Source: an uncultured Acidaminococcales bacterium
GTDB lineage: Bacteria > Bacillota > Negativicutes > Acidaminococcales > Acidaminococcaceae
Reading direction: 5' to 3'
NCBI GenBank assembly: GCA_964500055.1
Contig: CAZCMY010000002.1
Span: 2,913-49,680, forward strand
Length of the DNA stretch: 46,768 bases
Shown here: one piece after another, positions 11,140 to 20,080 of the stretch
Layout of the letters: the number at the start of each line of letters is the position of its first letter
How positions within the stretch are numbered: the stretch's first letter is position 1
Translations under genes and position numbers: made by a program
Notes under the pieces: generated by a model
The model's database searches: none
The model's input: the letters and a program-made list of their open reading frames with translations, nothing else
Told to the model about the DNA's origin: nothing

Positions 11140-11352
11140 TCATTGCACCTCCCTTCGGAATCTATATGAGCTTATTAAACAGATTGTTTGATCTGCAGCC
11201 AGTGATTGTCGAACAACGTAAAGTGAAGGCACTCCTTCACATTCCTCTGGAATCATTCTAGGGGGTTTCGTTACTTCAATTTTATACTTCAATCCAAGTT
11301 TATCCAAAACAGCTGTTGCCATATCTAATCTATAAGCAAGCAAATCAGGCAT
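11140..11352 (-). CDS. Small hypothetical protein (~70 aa), PASTA-domain-like by eye
   Basis: MPDLLAYRLDMATAVLDKLGLKYKIEVTKPP...LYVVRQSLAADQTICLISS follows the PASTA pattern (PDl.g....A...L...GL ... V..Qsp..g......v.L..S). No strong RBS, and the start is ambiguous (TTG 11364 or ATG 11352). The call rests on pattern recognition only. Confidence 0.4.
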   Translation of the reverse strand: MPDLLAYRLDMATAVLDKLGLKYKIEVTKPPRMIPEECEGVPSLYVVRQSLAADQTICLISSYRFRREVQ

Positions 11353-11368
11353 ATTTAATGTCAATTAT

Positions 11369-11932
11369 TCACACTTCCATAACTTCTTTTTCTTTGTGAG
11401 CCATGATAGCATCTATTTCTTTAATAAATTTATCAGTGGTTTTTTGCATTTCATCAGTAGCCTTTTTTGCTTCGTCCTCGGTTATTTCTTTAGCTTTTTC
11501 TATCTTCTTTATCGAATCATTTGCTTCTCTTCTGACATTTCTTATAACTACCCTACAGTCTTCAGATTTCTTATGAACTACTTTAACAAGTTCTTTTCTC
11601 CGCTCTTCAGTAAGTTGAGGCAGATTTAATCTGATAACTGTGCCATCATTATTAGGGTTTAGACCCAAATCTGATTTCATTATGGCTTTTTCTATATCCT
11701 TTAATAAGTTTTTTTCCCATGGCTGAATTACAATAATGCGTGGCTCAGGGACAGTGACACTAGCTACCTGGCTTACAGGTGTAGGCGTGCCATAGTAATC
11801 AACAAATACCTTCTCAAGAAGCGAAGGCGTTGCGCGGCCAGCTCTGACTGTAGCCAAATCTGCCCTCAAAAGCTCAATCGTCTTATTCATTTTAAAATTT
11901 GTTTGTTCCATAACATCACTAATCGTGGCCAT
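11369..11932 (-). CDS. frr: Ribosome recycling factor
   Basis: 187 aa with typical RRF sequence (RTGRA-like VRAGRATPSLL, LNLPQLTEERRKELVK). Its ATG abuts the pyrH stop. Confidence 0.96.
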   Translation of the reverse strand: MATISDVMEQTNFKMNKTIELLRADLATVRAGRATPSLLEKVFVDYYGTPTPVSQVASVTVPEPRIIVIQPWEKNLLKDIEKAIMKSDLGLNPNNDGTVIRLNLPQLTEERRKELVKVVHKKSEDCRVVIRNVRREANDSIKKIEKAKEITEDEAKKATDEMQKTTDKFIKEIDAIMAHKEKEVMEV

Positions 11933-12664
<732 letters not shown>

Positions 12665-12772
12665 TTACCTCCCAACAAGTTCCTCACCCAGTTTAATTTC
12701 TACAAGCATAGTAAATTTCCTCTTTAAGGATAGAAAACATTTTTAATTTGTTGCAGTTTAAAACCGTTGCTT

Positions 12773-12806
12773 CATAAAATAAGAGAACACAAAAGTGTTC
12801 TCTTAT
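12773..12806 (-). terminator. Rho-independent terminator after tsf
   Basis: 10-bp stem AAGAGAACAC / GUGUUCUCUU (12781-12804) with a 4-nt loop, followed by AUUUUAU on the minus strand. A T-run is also present on the plus side. Confidence 0.6.
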
Positions 12807-12821
12807 TTTTATATCAGATTT

Positions 12822-13472
12822 TTATTTTACAAATGACATAACTTCAGCAGCAAAGTCAGTTTCTTTTTTCTCAATACCTTCGCCCAAATAGTAGCGGGCA
12901 AAACGACGGATTGAAATGTTTTCACCAATCTTAGCAATGCTTTCAGTAATCAAATCGCTGATAGTTTTGTCCGGATCCTTAACAAAGTCTTGATCAAGCA
13001 GACAAACTTCTTTATAGTATTTCTCAATACGGCCGGAAACCATTTTTTCAATAATTTTTTCAGGCTTTCCTTCATTACGAGCTTGCTCAGAAAGAACTTC
13101 CTTCTCATGTTCAAGTTCGTTAGTCGGTACTTCATCACGTCTCAAGTAAGTCGGATTTGCAGCAGCTATATGCATTGCAATGTCCTTAGTCAAGTTCTTG
13201 AAAGCATCTGTTTTGGCAACGAAATCAGTTTCGCAGTTAATTTCAACCAAAACTCCGATTCTTCCACCTGCATGGATATAAGCTTCCACAAGACCTTCAG
13301 CCGCTACACGACCAGCCTTTTTAGCGGCGGCAGCTAAACCTTTTTCACGCAGAAAATCAATCGCCTTATCAATGTCGCCAGACGTTTCCGTCAAAGCTTT
13401 TTTACAATCCATCATGCCAGCGCCAGTACGCTCGCGTAATTCTTTTACCAAAGCAGCAGTAATTTCAGCCAT
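12822..13472 (-). CDS. tsf: Elongation factor Ts (short, 216-aa form)
   Basis: The N-terminal UBA-like [22 protein letters not shown] motif is diagnostic. Position after rpsB is conserved. Confidence 0.95.
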   Translation of the reverse strand: MAEITAALVKELRERTGAGMMDCKKALTETSGDIDKAIDFLREKGLAAAAKKAGRVAAEGLVEAYIHAGGRIGVLVEINCETDFVAKTDAFKNLTKDIAMHIAAANPTYLRRDEVPTNELEHEKEVLSEQARNEGKPEKIIEKMVSGRIEKYYKEVCLLDQDFVKDPDKTISDLITESIAKIGENISIRRFARYYLGEGIEKKETDFAAEVMSFVK

Positions 13473-13520
13473 AAAAATTATTCCTCCCCTTTTCAGCTAC
13501 AAGTCAAAATTGTTGAACTA

Positions 13521-14261
13521 TTATTCTGTTTCTACAGACTCTTCGATTTTTTCAGTTCCCGCAGCTGCTTCTACTTGCATACCTTGACGGCCTTCTAAAA
13601 CAGCATCAGCCATTTTTGCAGTCAAAAGTTTTACTGCACGAATTGCGTCATCGTTTGCAGGAATAACGTGATCAATTTCATCAGGATCACAGTTAGTATC
13701 AACAGTAGCAACAATAGGAATATTCAATTTATGTGCTTCCAAAACTGCAATATGTTCTTTGCGTGGGTCAACTATAAACAAAGCACCAGGCAGTTTTTTC
13801 ATATCTTTGATACCGCCAAGATATTTTGTAAGTTTTTCCATCTCATGACGAAGTCCGAGAACTTCTTTTTTAGGAAGCACTTCAAAAGTTCCGTTAGCTT
13901 CCATTTCTTCTAATTTACGTAAACGGCTGATACGAGCTTGAATGGTTTTGAAGTTGGTCATCATGCCGCCAAGCCATCTCTCATTAACAAAAAACATGTT
14001 GCAACGAATAGCTTCATCACGCATAGCATCCTGAGCTTGTTTTTTAGTACCTACAAACAAAATGCTTTCGCCACGAGCTGCCACTTCACGAATGAAATTG
14101 TAAGCTTCTTCGACTTTCTTAACAGTTTTTTGCAAATCAATAATGTAAATACCGTTTCTTTCAGTGAAGATGTATGGAGCCATCTTCGGGTTCCAGCGTC
14201 TGGTCTGATGACCAAAATGTACGCCAGCCTCAAGTAGTTGTTTCATAGAAATAATTGCCAT
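13521..14261 (-). CDS. rpsB: 30S ribosomal protein S2
   Basis: [27 protein letters not shown]... is canonical S2. AGGAGGAA lies upstream. Confidence 0.97.
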   Translation of the reverse strand: MAIISMKQLLEAGVHFGHQTRRWNPKMAPYIFTERNGIYIIDLQKTVKKVEEAYNFIREVAARGESILFVGTKKQAQDAMRDEAIRCNMFFVNERWLGGMMTNFKTIQARISRLRKLEEMEANGTFEVLPKKEVLGLRHEMEKLTKYLGGIKDMKKLPGALFIVDPRKEHIAVLEAHKLNIPIVATVDTNCDPDEIDHVIPANDDAIRAVKLLTAKMADAVLEGRQGMQVEAAAGTEKIEESVETE

Positions 14262-14370
14262 TTAAAATTCCTCCTGTTTTTTCCTCCGCGGATTTTTTTC
14301 GTCGTTAACCAGAACAGATATAGTCTGGACAGAAGACGCAATACTCCGCGTGTGTTTTTAACCGAACGTA

Positions 14371-14399
14371 ATTATACCATAAAGTGGTTATCAAGACAA
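14371..14399 (-). promoter_or_regulatory. Putative sigma-A promoter of rpsB-tsf (extended -10)
   Basis: On the minus strand: TTGTCT (14394-14399), 17 nt, TGgTATAAT (-10 at 14371-14376). This predicts a leader of about 100 nt. Confidence 0.45.
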
Positions 14400-14697
14400 G
14401 AGGAACATGAGCTTACACACAATACAAAATTCCAAGTATAATGGAAATGTTATTCTGTTAAGCTAATGTATACAATATTTTTTTAGTCAAATTATTGCTA
14501 ATCGCTACTTAATATGATAGATTATACGGAAATCATACATTTATTTGCACTTAAATATGTAGCTATTATTTGCTTTATGAGATACTAGCAAACATATTAA
14601 TGAAGTTTATTTCATTTATTCGATCACATCTCGCCTAACTTACGTATTATCTATGATTAAGTGTAGATAGAACTACAGGTAACAGCACGAAGCTTTC

Positions 14698-14727
14698 GTC
14701 CTGCATATTTTTGCAGGACATTTTTTC
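14698..14727 (+). terminator. Intrinsic terminator in the 5' leader of the aminotransferase gene (putative attenuator)
   Basis: GTCCTGCA (14698-14705) / TGCAGGAC (14712-14719), 6-nt loop, then A-TTTTTT. It lies about 45 nt upstream of ATG 14772 on the same strand. Confidence 0.55.
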
Positions 14728-14771
14728 TGGCTAAGTTTTTCTTATAAATTTTTGAAAGGTAGGTTTTACGT

Positions 14772-15953
14772 ATGTCAACATTTGATTTTAACACCGTTGT
14801 TTCACCATTTATCAAGGCCTTGCCAGCATCTGGATTAGCAAAATTTCTGGAAATTACTGCCAATAATCCCAACATTGTCCCCTTAAGCGTCGGGGAACCT
14901 GACTTCGACATTCCTACAAAAGTTAAGGAAGCTTGCATCAATAGCATAAATGCTGGAAAAAGCACCTATACTTCAACACTGGGGCTTTTAGAACTTAGAG
15001 AAGCAATTGCCGACGATACTTATAAAAACTATGGCGTAAAGTATGACCCAAAAACTGAAATTATGGTTACAGTTGGTGTCAGTGAAGCTCTTTATGTCGT
15101 TGTCCGTTCAATTTTGGCTCCTGGTGATGAAATAATTATTCCTGAACCATGTTATGTAGCTAACAAAGCCTGCATTATCCTATCCGGCGCTAAACCCATT
15201 CCTGTCGAAACATTTTTAGAAAACAATTTTGTACCTACTATAGAAGATCTGGAAAAGTCTGTAACTCCAAAAACCAAAGCTATTCTGTTAGGTTACCCCA
15301 ATAATCCTACCGGCGCTATAATAAGCAAAGAGCAAATAAAACAAATTGGTGATTGGGCTGCAAAACACAACCTTGTAATTGTTTCTGACGAATTATATGC
15401 TCATCTTACTTATGGCGGCAAAAAACATACAATGTTCACTTCTTACTCAGAATTCCGTGATCGGACTATTGTGCTGAATGGTTTTTCAAAAGCTTATGCT
15501 ATGACCGGTTTGCGTCTTGGTTATATCACAGCTCCTGCTGCTATCATAAGCGCAATGAACCTGCTGCATCAAAATGTTGTACTATGTGCAAATTCTACTG
15601 CGCAATATGGTGCAATCGCGGCTTTAAAATATTGCCAAAAAGACGTGGAAGCAATGGTTGCTGAATATGATGCTCGCAGAATAATAATGATTAATGCCTT
15701 TAAGGCAATGAATATACCACTTTACTCGCCAGAAGGAGCATTCTATGTATTTCCATGCATCAAAGAAACAGGACTGACTAGCATGGAATTTGTGGAAAAA
15801 CTTTTAGATGAAGAGAATGTTTTAGTAATACCTGGAAGCATCTTTGGCAGCAGCGGCGAAGGCTTTATCCGTTGTTCTTACGCTTATTCACAAGAAAACC
15901 TTAAGATAGCACTTGAACGTATTGCCAGATTTATCACTAAGTACAGAAAGTAA
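14772..15953 (+). CDS. Class I/II PLP-dependent aminotransferase (AspC/PatA-like)
   Basis: 393 aa. Contains SVGEPDF, NPTG and the PLP-lysine motif NGFSKAYAMTGLRLGY. It is the only plus-strand gene. AAAGGTAGG lies 8 nt upstream. Confidence 0.9.
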   Translation: MSTFDFNTVVSPFIKALPASGLAKFLEITANNPNIVPLSVGEPDFDIPTKVKEACINSINAGKSTYTSTLGLLELREAIADDTYKNYGVKYDPKTEIMVTVGVSEALYVVVRSILAPGDEIIIPEPCYVANKACIILSGAKPIPVETFLENNFVPTIEDLEKSVTPKTKAILLGYPNNPTGAIISKEQIKQIGDWAAKHNLVIVSDELYAHLTYGGKKHTMFTSYSEFRDRTIVLNGFSKAYAMTGLRLGYITAPAAIISAMNLLHQNVVLCANSTAQYGAIAALKYCQKDVEAMVAEYDARRIIMINAFKAMNIPLYSPEGAFYVFPCIKETGLTSMEFVEKLLDEENVLVIPGSIFGSSGEGFIRCSYAYSQENLKIALERIARFITKYRK

Positions 15954-15982
15954 CTTTTCATAAAAGAAACAAATAAATAAAA

Positions 15983-16020
15983 AAAGCGAACTTTTGGTAT
16001 AAAAACCAAAAGTTCGCTTT
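15983..16020. terminator. Bidirectional rho-independent terminator between convergent genes
   Basis: 16-bp perfect stem AAAGCGAACTTTTGGT / ACCAAAAGTTCGCTTT with a 6-nt loop. It is flanked by an A-run upstream and a T-run downstream, so it can serve both the aminotransferase (+) and spoVS (-). Confidence 0.75.
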
Positions 16021-16030
16021 TAATTTTTGT

Positions 16031-16291
16031 TCAGCGCGGCTCCACAAGTAATTTAATAGCTGTTCTTTGACCGCCTTCAATTTCAATTTCAATAAAAGCT
16101 GGAATACAGATAAGATCCATACCACTAGGGGCAACGAAGCCTCGTGCTATAGCAACCGCTTTAACTGCCTGATTCAATGCGCCAGCACCAATTGCCTGCA
16201 TTTCTGCCCTTCCGTGCTCACGTAAAACACCTGCAAGAGCTCCTGCTACAGAATTTGGGTTAGACTTTGCCGATACTTTTAGTACGTCCAT
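16031..16291 (-). CDS. spoVS: Stage V sporulation protein S family protein
   Basis: MDVLKVSAKSNPNSVAGALAGVLRE...AIGAGALNQAVKAVAIARGF is the highly conserved SpoVS sequence. Trimmed from 16321 to ATG 16291, which follows GGGGGAGGGG. Confidence 0.9.
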   Translation of the reverse strand: MDVLKVSAKSNPNSVAGALAGVLREHGRAEMQAIGAGALNQAVKAVAIARGFVAPSGMDLICIPAFIEIEIEGGQRTAIKLLVEPR

Positions 16292-16427
16292 TAAAATACC
16301 CCTCCCCCGATTCACTTGCATATATTGAACACAGTATTAGTTCGTTATAAAATTCAGTTATCCTGCAAAAAAATACTAAAATACAGTATACATTTAAGAA
16401 TAAATCAAAGAAATTATGTAAAATATA

Positions 16428-16982
16428 CTATTTTTCTTTTCTTAAAAAATACATGTAAAGAGCACTCAAAGTTTTAGCATCAAAAATAGTCTCTGCTAAC
16501 AGCATTTTTGTTACATCCTCTTGACCTATCGTAACTACTTCAATAAATTCATCATCGTCAGTATGCTGTTCATGCAGTTCAAGACCTTCGGCCAAATAAA
16601 GATGAATTATCTCATCAGTAAACCCAGGAGTTGTTGCTATGGTTGTCAGTTTACTCCATTTTGACGCAGAGTAACCAGTTTCTTCCGAAAGCTCTCTTGT
16701 AGCGCATATTAAAGGATCTTCATTAATTTCCAGCTTACCGGCAGGTATTTCATAGAGTACGGAATCTAAAGGATACCTGTATTGCTTAACCAAGACTATA
16801 CTGCCATCTTCCAAAATTGGCAAAATTGCAACTGCCCCAGGATGATGAACCAATTCTCTAACGGCCTCTTTCCCATCCGGCAAGACAACCTTGTCAACAG
16901 CAATCTTTAGTAATTTACCATTAAACACAGTTTCTGTTGATACATGCTTTTCCCAGAGCATGTTCTTTTCAGATGAATTCAA
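16428..16982 (-). CDS. nudF: NUDIX hydrolase, ADP-ribose pyrophosphatase-like
   Basis: Nudix box GKLEINEDPLICATRELSEETG. The start is ambiguous. The track start (GTG 17009) has no RBS. TTG 16982 lies 10 nt after GGAGGT within the recN 3' end, and ATG 16961 is also possible. Confidence 0.8.
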   Translation of the reverse strand: MNSSEKNMLWEKHVSTETVFNGKLLKIAVDKVVLPDGKEAVRELVHHPGAVAILPILEDGSIVLVKQYRYPLDSVLYEIPAGKLEINEDPLICATRELSEETGYSASKWSKLTTIATTPGFTDEIIHLYLAEGLELHEQHTDDDEFIEVVTIGQEDVTKMLLAETIFDAKTLSALYMYFLRKEK

Positions 16983-16986
16983 AATA

Positions 16987-18714
16987 CTATTTACCTCCTG
17001 TGACATCACAAGTCGTTTTTATACCATCTTTAATTTTTTCAGCCATTAATAATAACTGTTCAGCGTTTGTTCTTGATGCCTCAGATATATTATTGCCGCC
17101 AGCCATACGCATAATTTCTGTTACGCGTTCGTTCATGTCAAGCGTTTTAACAGATGTACTCGTTTTGTTATTCTCTATTACCTTTTCAATATATAAATGA
17201 TTATCCGCAAAAGTTGCAATCTGAGCCAAATGCGTAATGCAAAGAACCTGTCTCACATTAGCAATAATTGCAATTTTCTCAGCCATTTTCTGAGCCGTAA
17301 CGCCGCCTACACCAGTATCAATTTCATCAAAAACCATAGTCGGAACACCAGATTTTTCTAATAAAACGGTCTTAATAGCCAAAGCTATTCTTGAGAGTTC
17401 CCCCCCAGAAGCGACTTTTGAAAGAAGTCTAGGTTCCTGCCCAAGATTGGCAGTAAAATAAAATTGTGCATCGTCTACGCCATTAGGACCAAGCTCGTTT
17501 CTTTTAGTTAATATAACCTGAAATTTACCCTGCGGCATTGCCAGATCTCGTATGTGCAGTGTTACTAATTTTTCAAACTTATCAGCAATTACAGTTCTTG
17601 CCGATGTTAATTCTATAGCTTTCTTTTTTAAAGCTTCTGACAAAACTTTCAGCTGTGATTTTTTGTTTTCAATACGATCAGTTATTAAAGACAACTCATT
17701 AAGCTGTTCTTTAGAGTTAGATAAATAATTCTGAATTTCCTCAAATGTATTACCGTATTTTTTCTTCAATCGATACCACAAATCAAGTCTATCCTGAACT
17801 TCTATCAAAAATGCAGGATCAAAATCATCTTTTTCAATATAGTTGCTTAGACTTTGTCTGCTATCTTCTAAGGTCAGCCACGCATTATCAAAAGCATTAT
17901 AAAAAACCTCTAGTTCTTTATCATATCCCAAGGCTGAAGATATCTTATCACGAGCTTCACTCAGGCTATCCAGAACTCCGGGGATGCCCTTTTCATTGCC
18001 ATTTAGCAGGTCATAGGCAGCGACTGCAGCTGACATGATCTTAGTGCTGTTAGTCAGTTTTTTAGCTGTTTCCTGTAACGTTTCTTCCTCACCCGAAAAC
18101 AGTTTTGCAGACTCAATTTCATTAATCTCCCATTCAAGCCGTTCACTAATTTTTTCGCGATCAGTGTTTTGATGATTCAGCATTTCCAGCTCTTGTCTTA
18201 TACTAAGATAATCATTGTATTTCGCTTTATAGTCATTTAGCAAATTATCAACATCTTCTGAGCCATACAAATCAACTAAATTTAATGGTTCTCCAACTTT
18301 TAATAATCTTTGATTCTCATGTTGCCCATGTATGTCAATAAGCTGCTCACTAAGCTTTTGCAACAAACTTAGAGGAACTTGTACTCCATTAACCATTGTA
18401 ACGCTCTTGCCTGATTTAAGAACTTTTCTGCGCAAAAATAAAAAATCTTCATCTACTTCTATACCATATTCGAACAAAATTGGCAAAATTGCCTGTAACC
18501 CAGAAATATCAAAAACAGCTTGTACCCAATAATGGTCCTCGCCATCACGAATATATTCTGCTGACGCTCTGCTGCCAAGAACAATGCCGAGAGCATCTAT
18601 TAATATCGACTTACCGGCACCTGTTTCGCCCGTAAATACATTAAAGCCTGGTTCTAATTCTATTCTTGTATCCGAAATTAAGGCAAAATTATGAACATGT
18701 AATGACTTCAGCAT
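16987..18714 (-). CDS. recN: DNA repair protein RecN
   Basis: 575-aa SMC-like protein with Walker A GETGAGKS at the N-terminus, a coiled-coil middle, and a C-terminal ASGGELSRIALA signature. Confidence 0.95.
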   Translation of the reverse strand: MLKSLHVHNFALISDTRIELEPGFNVFTGETGAGKSILIDALGIVLGSRASAEYIRDGEDHYWVQAVFDISGLQAILPILFEYGIEVDEDFLFLRRKVLKSGKSVTMVNGVQVPLSLLQKLSEQLIDIHGQHENQRLLKVGEPLNLVDLYGSEDVDNLLNDYKAKYNDYLSIRQELEMLNHQNTDREKISERLEWEINEIESAKLFSGEEETLQETAKKLTNSTKIMSAAVAAYDLLNGNEKGIPGVLDSLSEARDKISSALGYDKELEVFYNAFDNAWLTLEDSRQSLSNYIEKDDFDPAFLIEVQDRLDLWYRLKKKYGNTFEEIQNYLSNSKEQLNELSLITDRIENKKSQLKVLSEALKKKAIELTSARTVIADKFEKLVTLHIRDLAMPQGKFQVILTKRNELGPNGVDDAQFYFTANLGQEPRLLSKVASGGELSRIALAIKTVLLEKSGVPTMVFDEIDTGVGGVTAQKMAEKIAIIANVRQVLCITHLAQIATFADNHLYIEKVIENNKTSTSVKTLDMNERVTEIMRMAGGNNISEASRTNAEQLLLMAEKIKDGIKTTCDVTGGK

Positions 18715-18732
18715 ATTTTCACCATCTTCACA

Positions 18733-19182
18733 TTAAAGGTGCATATTTAAGCGAGCCGTAAACGCCGGGATGTGCTCACGATTATCCACAGCAACGAAAA
18801 TAGTATCATCACCGGCAACAGTTCCTAATACTTCCGGCCATTTCATATAATCTATACCATAAGCTACCGCTTGTGCCGTACCCGGTAAAGTACGAATTAC
18901 TACTAAATTTTCAGAAACATTAATACTTAATATAGAGTCCTGGAAAGTACGCTCTAACCTGCCTTGCGATAAAATCATTCCATGTTCTTTTGGAAATGCA
19001 TACCTATAGCCGCCGCTTGCATCTGGAATCTTAATAAGCATTAGTTCCTTAATATCACGTGAAACTGTAGCTTGCGTTACATCAATACCACTATTACGTA
19101 ATGCTTGTGCTAAATCATCTTGGGTTTCAATTACCTGTGCTTCAATGATTTCCTTGATTTTTTCATGTCTGGCAATTTTCAT
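18733..19182 (-). CDS. argR: Arginine repressor
   Basis: MKIARHEKIKEII...TQATVSRDIKEL winged-helix region and C-terminal GTVAGDDTIFV oligomerisation motif. Trimmed to ATG 19182 after AAGGGGTGA. Confidence 0.9.
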   Translation of the reverse strand: MKIARHEKIKEIIEAQVIETQDDLAQALRNSGIDVTQATVSRDIKELMLIKIPDASGGYRYAFPKEHGMILSQGRLERTFQDSILSINVSENLVVIRTLPGTAQAVAYGIDYMKWPEVLGTVAGDDTIFVAVDNREHIPAFTARLNMHL

Positions 19183-19198
19183 AAATATCACCCCTTAA

Positions 19199-20080
19199 TC
19201 ATTCTTGGAACTTCGTATTTTCTCCGCCTCTACGCAACTTTTCCTGCCATGTTTCGTAATAAGTTGACGGATAGATGTGAAGAAATTGAACACTAAGCGG
19301 ACTTTTTTGAATAACAACTTTTTCCTTTTCTGTTATGCGTTTAATATTCATTCCATCAGCTGAAAGATACCATTCATCACAGGGTGGCATAACACTAATT
19401 TCAATAGTATCAGCCATTGGAATAATTAACGGTCTGGTTTCCAACGAATGTGCACATATAGGTGTTAATATACTAACGTCCAGACCAGGATATACTATTG
19501 GACCGCCGGCAGCCAAAGAATAAGCAGTTGACCCTGTTGCAGTTGCAACAATAACACCATCAGAAGGGTAAACCACAGACTTCTGGCCAGCTATCCTAAC
19601 ATCTAATCTGGCCAACCGTGAAAAATGTCCTTTTGTCAGTACAAAATCATTAAGAGCATGCGCGCATATAGCTTCATGTTTATTTTCATCAAATACCGCA
19701 GCTTGTAGCATACTGCGTTGTTCAACCCAAAAATCTCCATCTCTGACTTTTAAGATGGCTTCCTCCATTTGGGGAAACTCCACTTCCGTTAAAAAGCCTA
19801 GCTTACCAAAATTTACTCCAAAAACAGGAATTTTCAGTGAAGCTGTATGTCTGGTCATTCTAAGCAATGTACCATCGCCGCCCAAGGACATAGCCGCTGT
19901 GAAGCACTGCATAGATGAGAAATCATCTGTTGCGTAGCCTTTACAAGCATATTCCTCCGCAATACCATATGGCAAAATTGGTTCAATATTGTTATTTTGG
20001 CAGAAATCAACTACATGCCTCAATATATTGCGAACGCTATTCTTCTCCAGATTAGGGAAAATCCCTAATACTAATCTCAT
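19199..20080 (-). CDS. nadK: NAD kinase
   Basis: GGDGTLL motif and ATGSTAYSLAAGGPIV motif. ATGA overlap with the tlyA stop. Confidence 0.93.
   Translation of the reverse strand: MRLVLGIFPNLEKNSVRNILRHVVDFCQNNNIEPILPYGIAEEYACKGYATDDFSSMQCFTAAMSLGGDGTLLRMTRHTASLKIPVFGVNFGKLGFLTEVEFPQMEEAILKVRDGDFWVEQRSMLQAAVFDENKHEAICAHALNDFVLTKGHFSRLARLDVRIAGQKSVVYPSDGVIVATATGSTAYSLAAGGPIVYPGLDVSILTPICAHSLETRPLIIPMADTIEISVMPPCDEWYLSADGMNIKRITEKEKVVIQKSPLSVQFLHIYPSTYYETWQEKLRRGGENTKFQE

Noticed and set aside
10942-11261. Two plus-strand ORFs (75 and 97 aa) rich in His/Thr/Ala
   Set aside because: They are the antisense reading of the ferredoxin gene and its neighbour. The minus-strand frame gives a textbook 2x[4Fe-4S] ferredoxin.
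14441-14640. Tiny plus-strand ORFs in the aminotransferase leader (e.g. MKFISFIRSHLA at 14600-14638; 24 aa from 14514)
   Set aside because: None has a Shine-Dalgarno or a run of regulatory codons that would mark an attenuation leader peptide. They are indistinguishable from chance in AT-rich DNA.
14440-14730. Full T-box riboswitch upstream of the aminotransferase
   Set aside because: Only the terminator-proximal segment resembles T-box sequence. There is no UGGN acceptor-binding bulge, AGAGA/AG box, distal-loop GGUGNRA, F-box or GC-rich Stem I. I kept it as an unexplained attenuator rather than calling it a T-box.
14657-14965. 102-aa minus-strand ORF overlapping the aminotransferase start
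   Set aside because: It is antisense to the 5' end of a strongly supported gene and runs across its leader terminator. It has no RBS and no recognisable sequence.
16292-16427. Sigma-H-type promoter for spoVS (AGGATAA ... GAAC/GAAT-like elements)
   Set aside because: Spacing and -10 match are poor. I could not support a specific promoter call from sequence alone.
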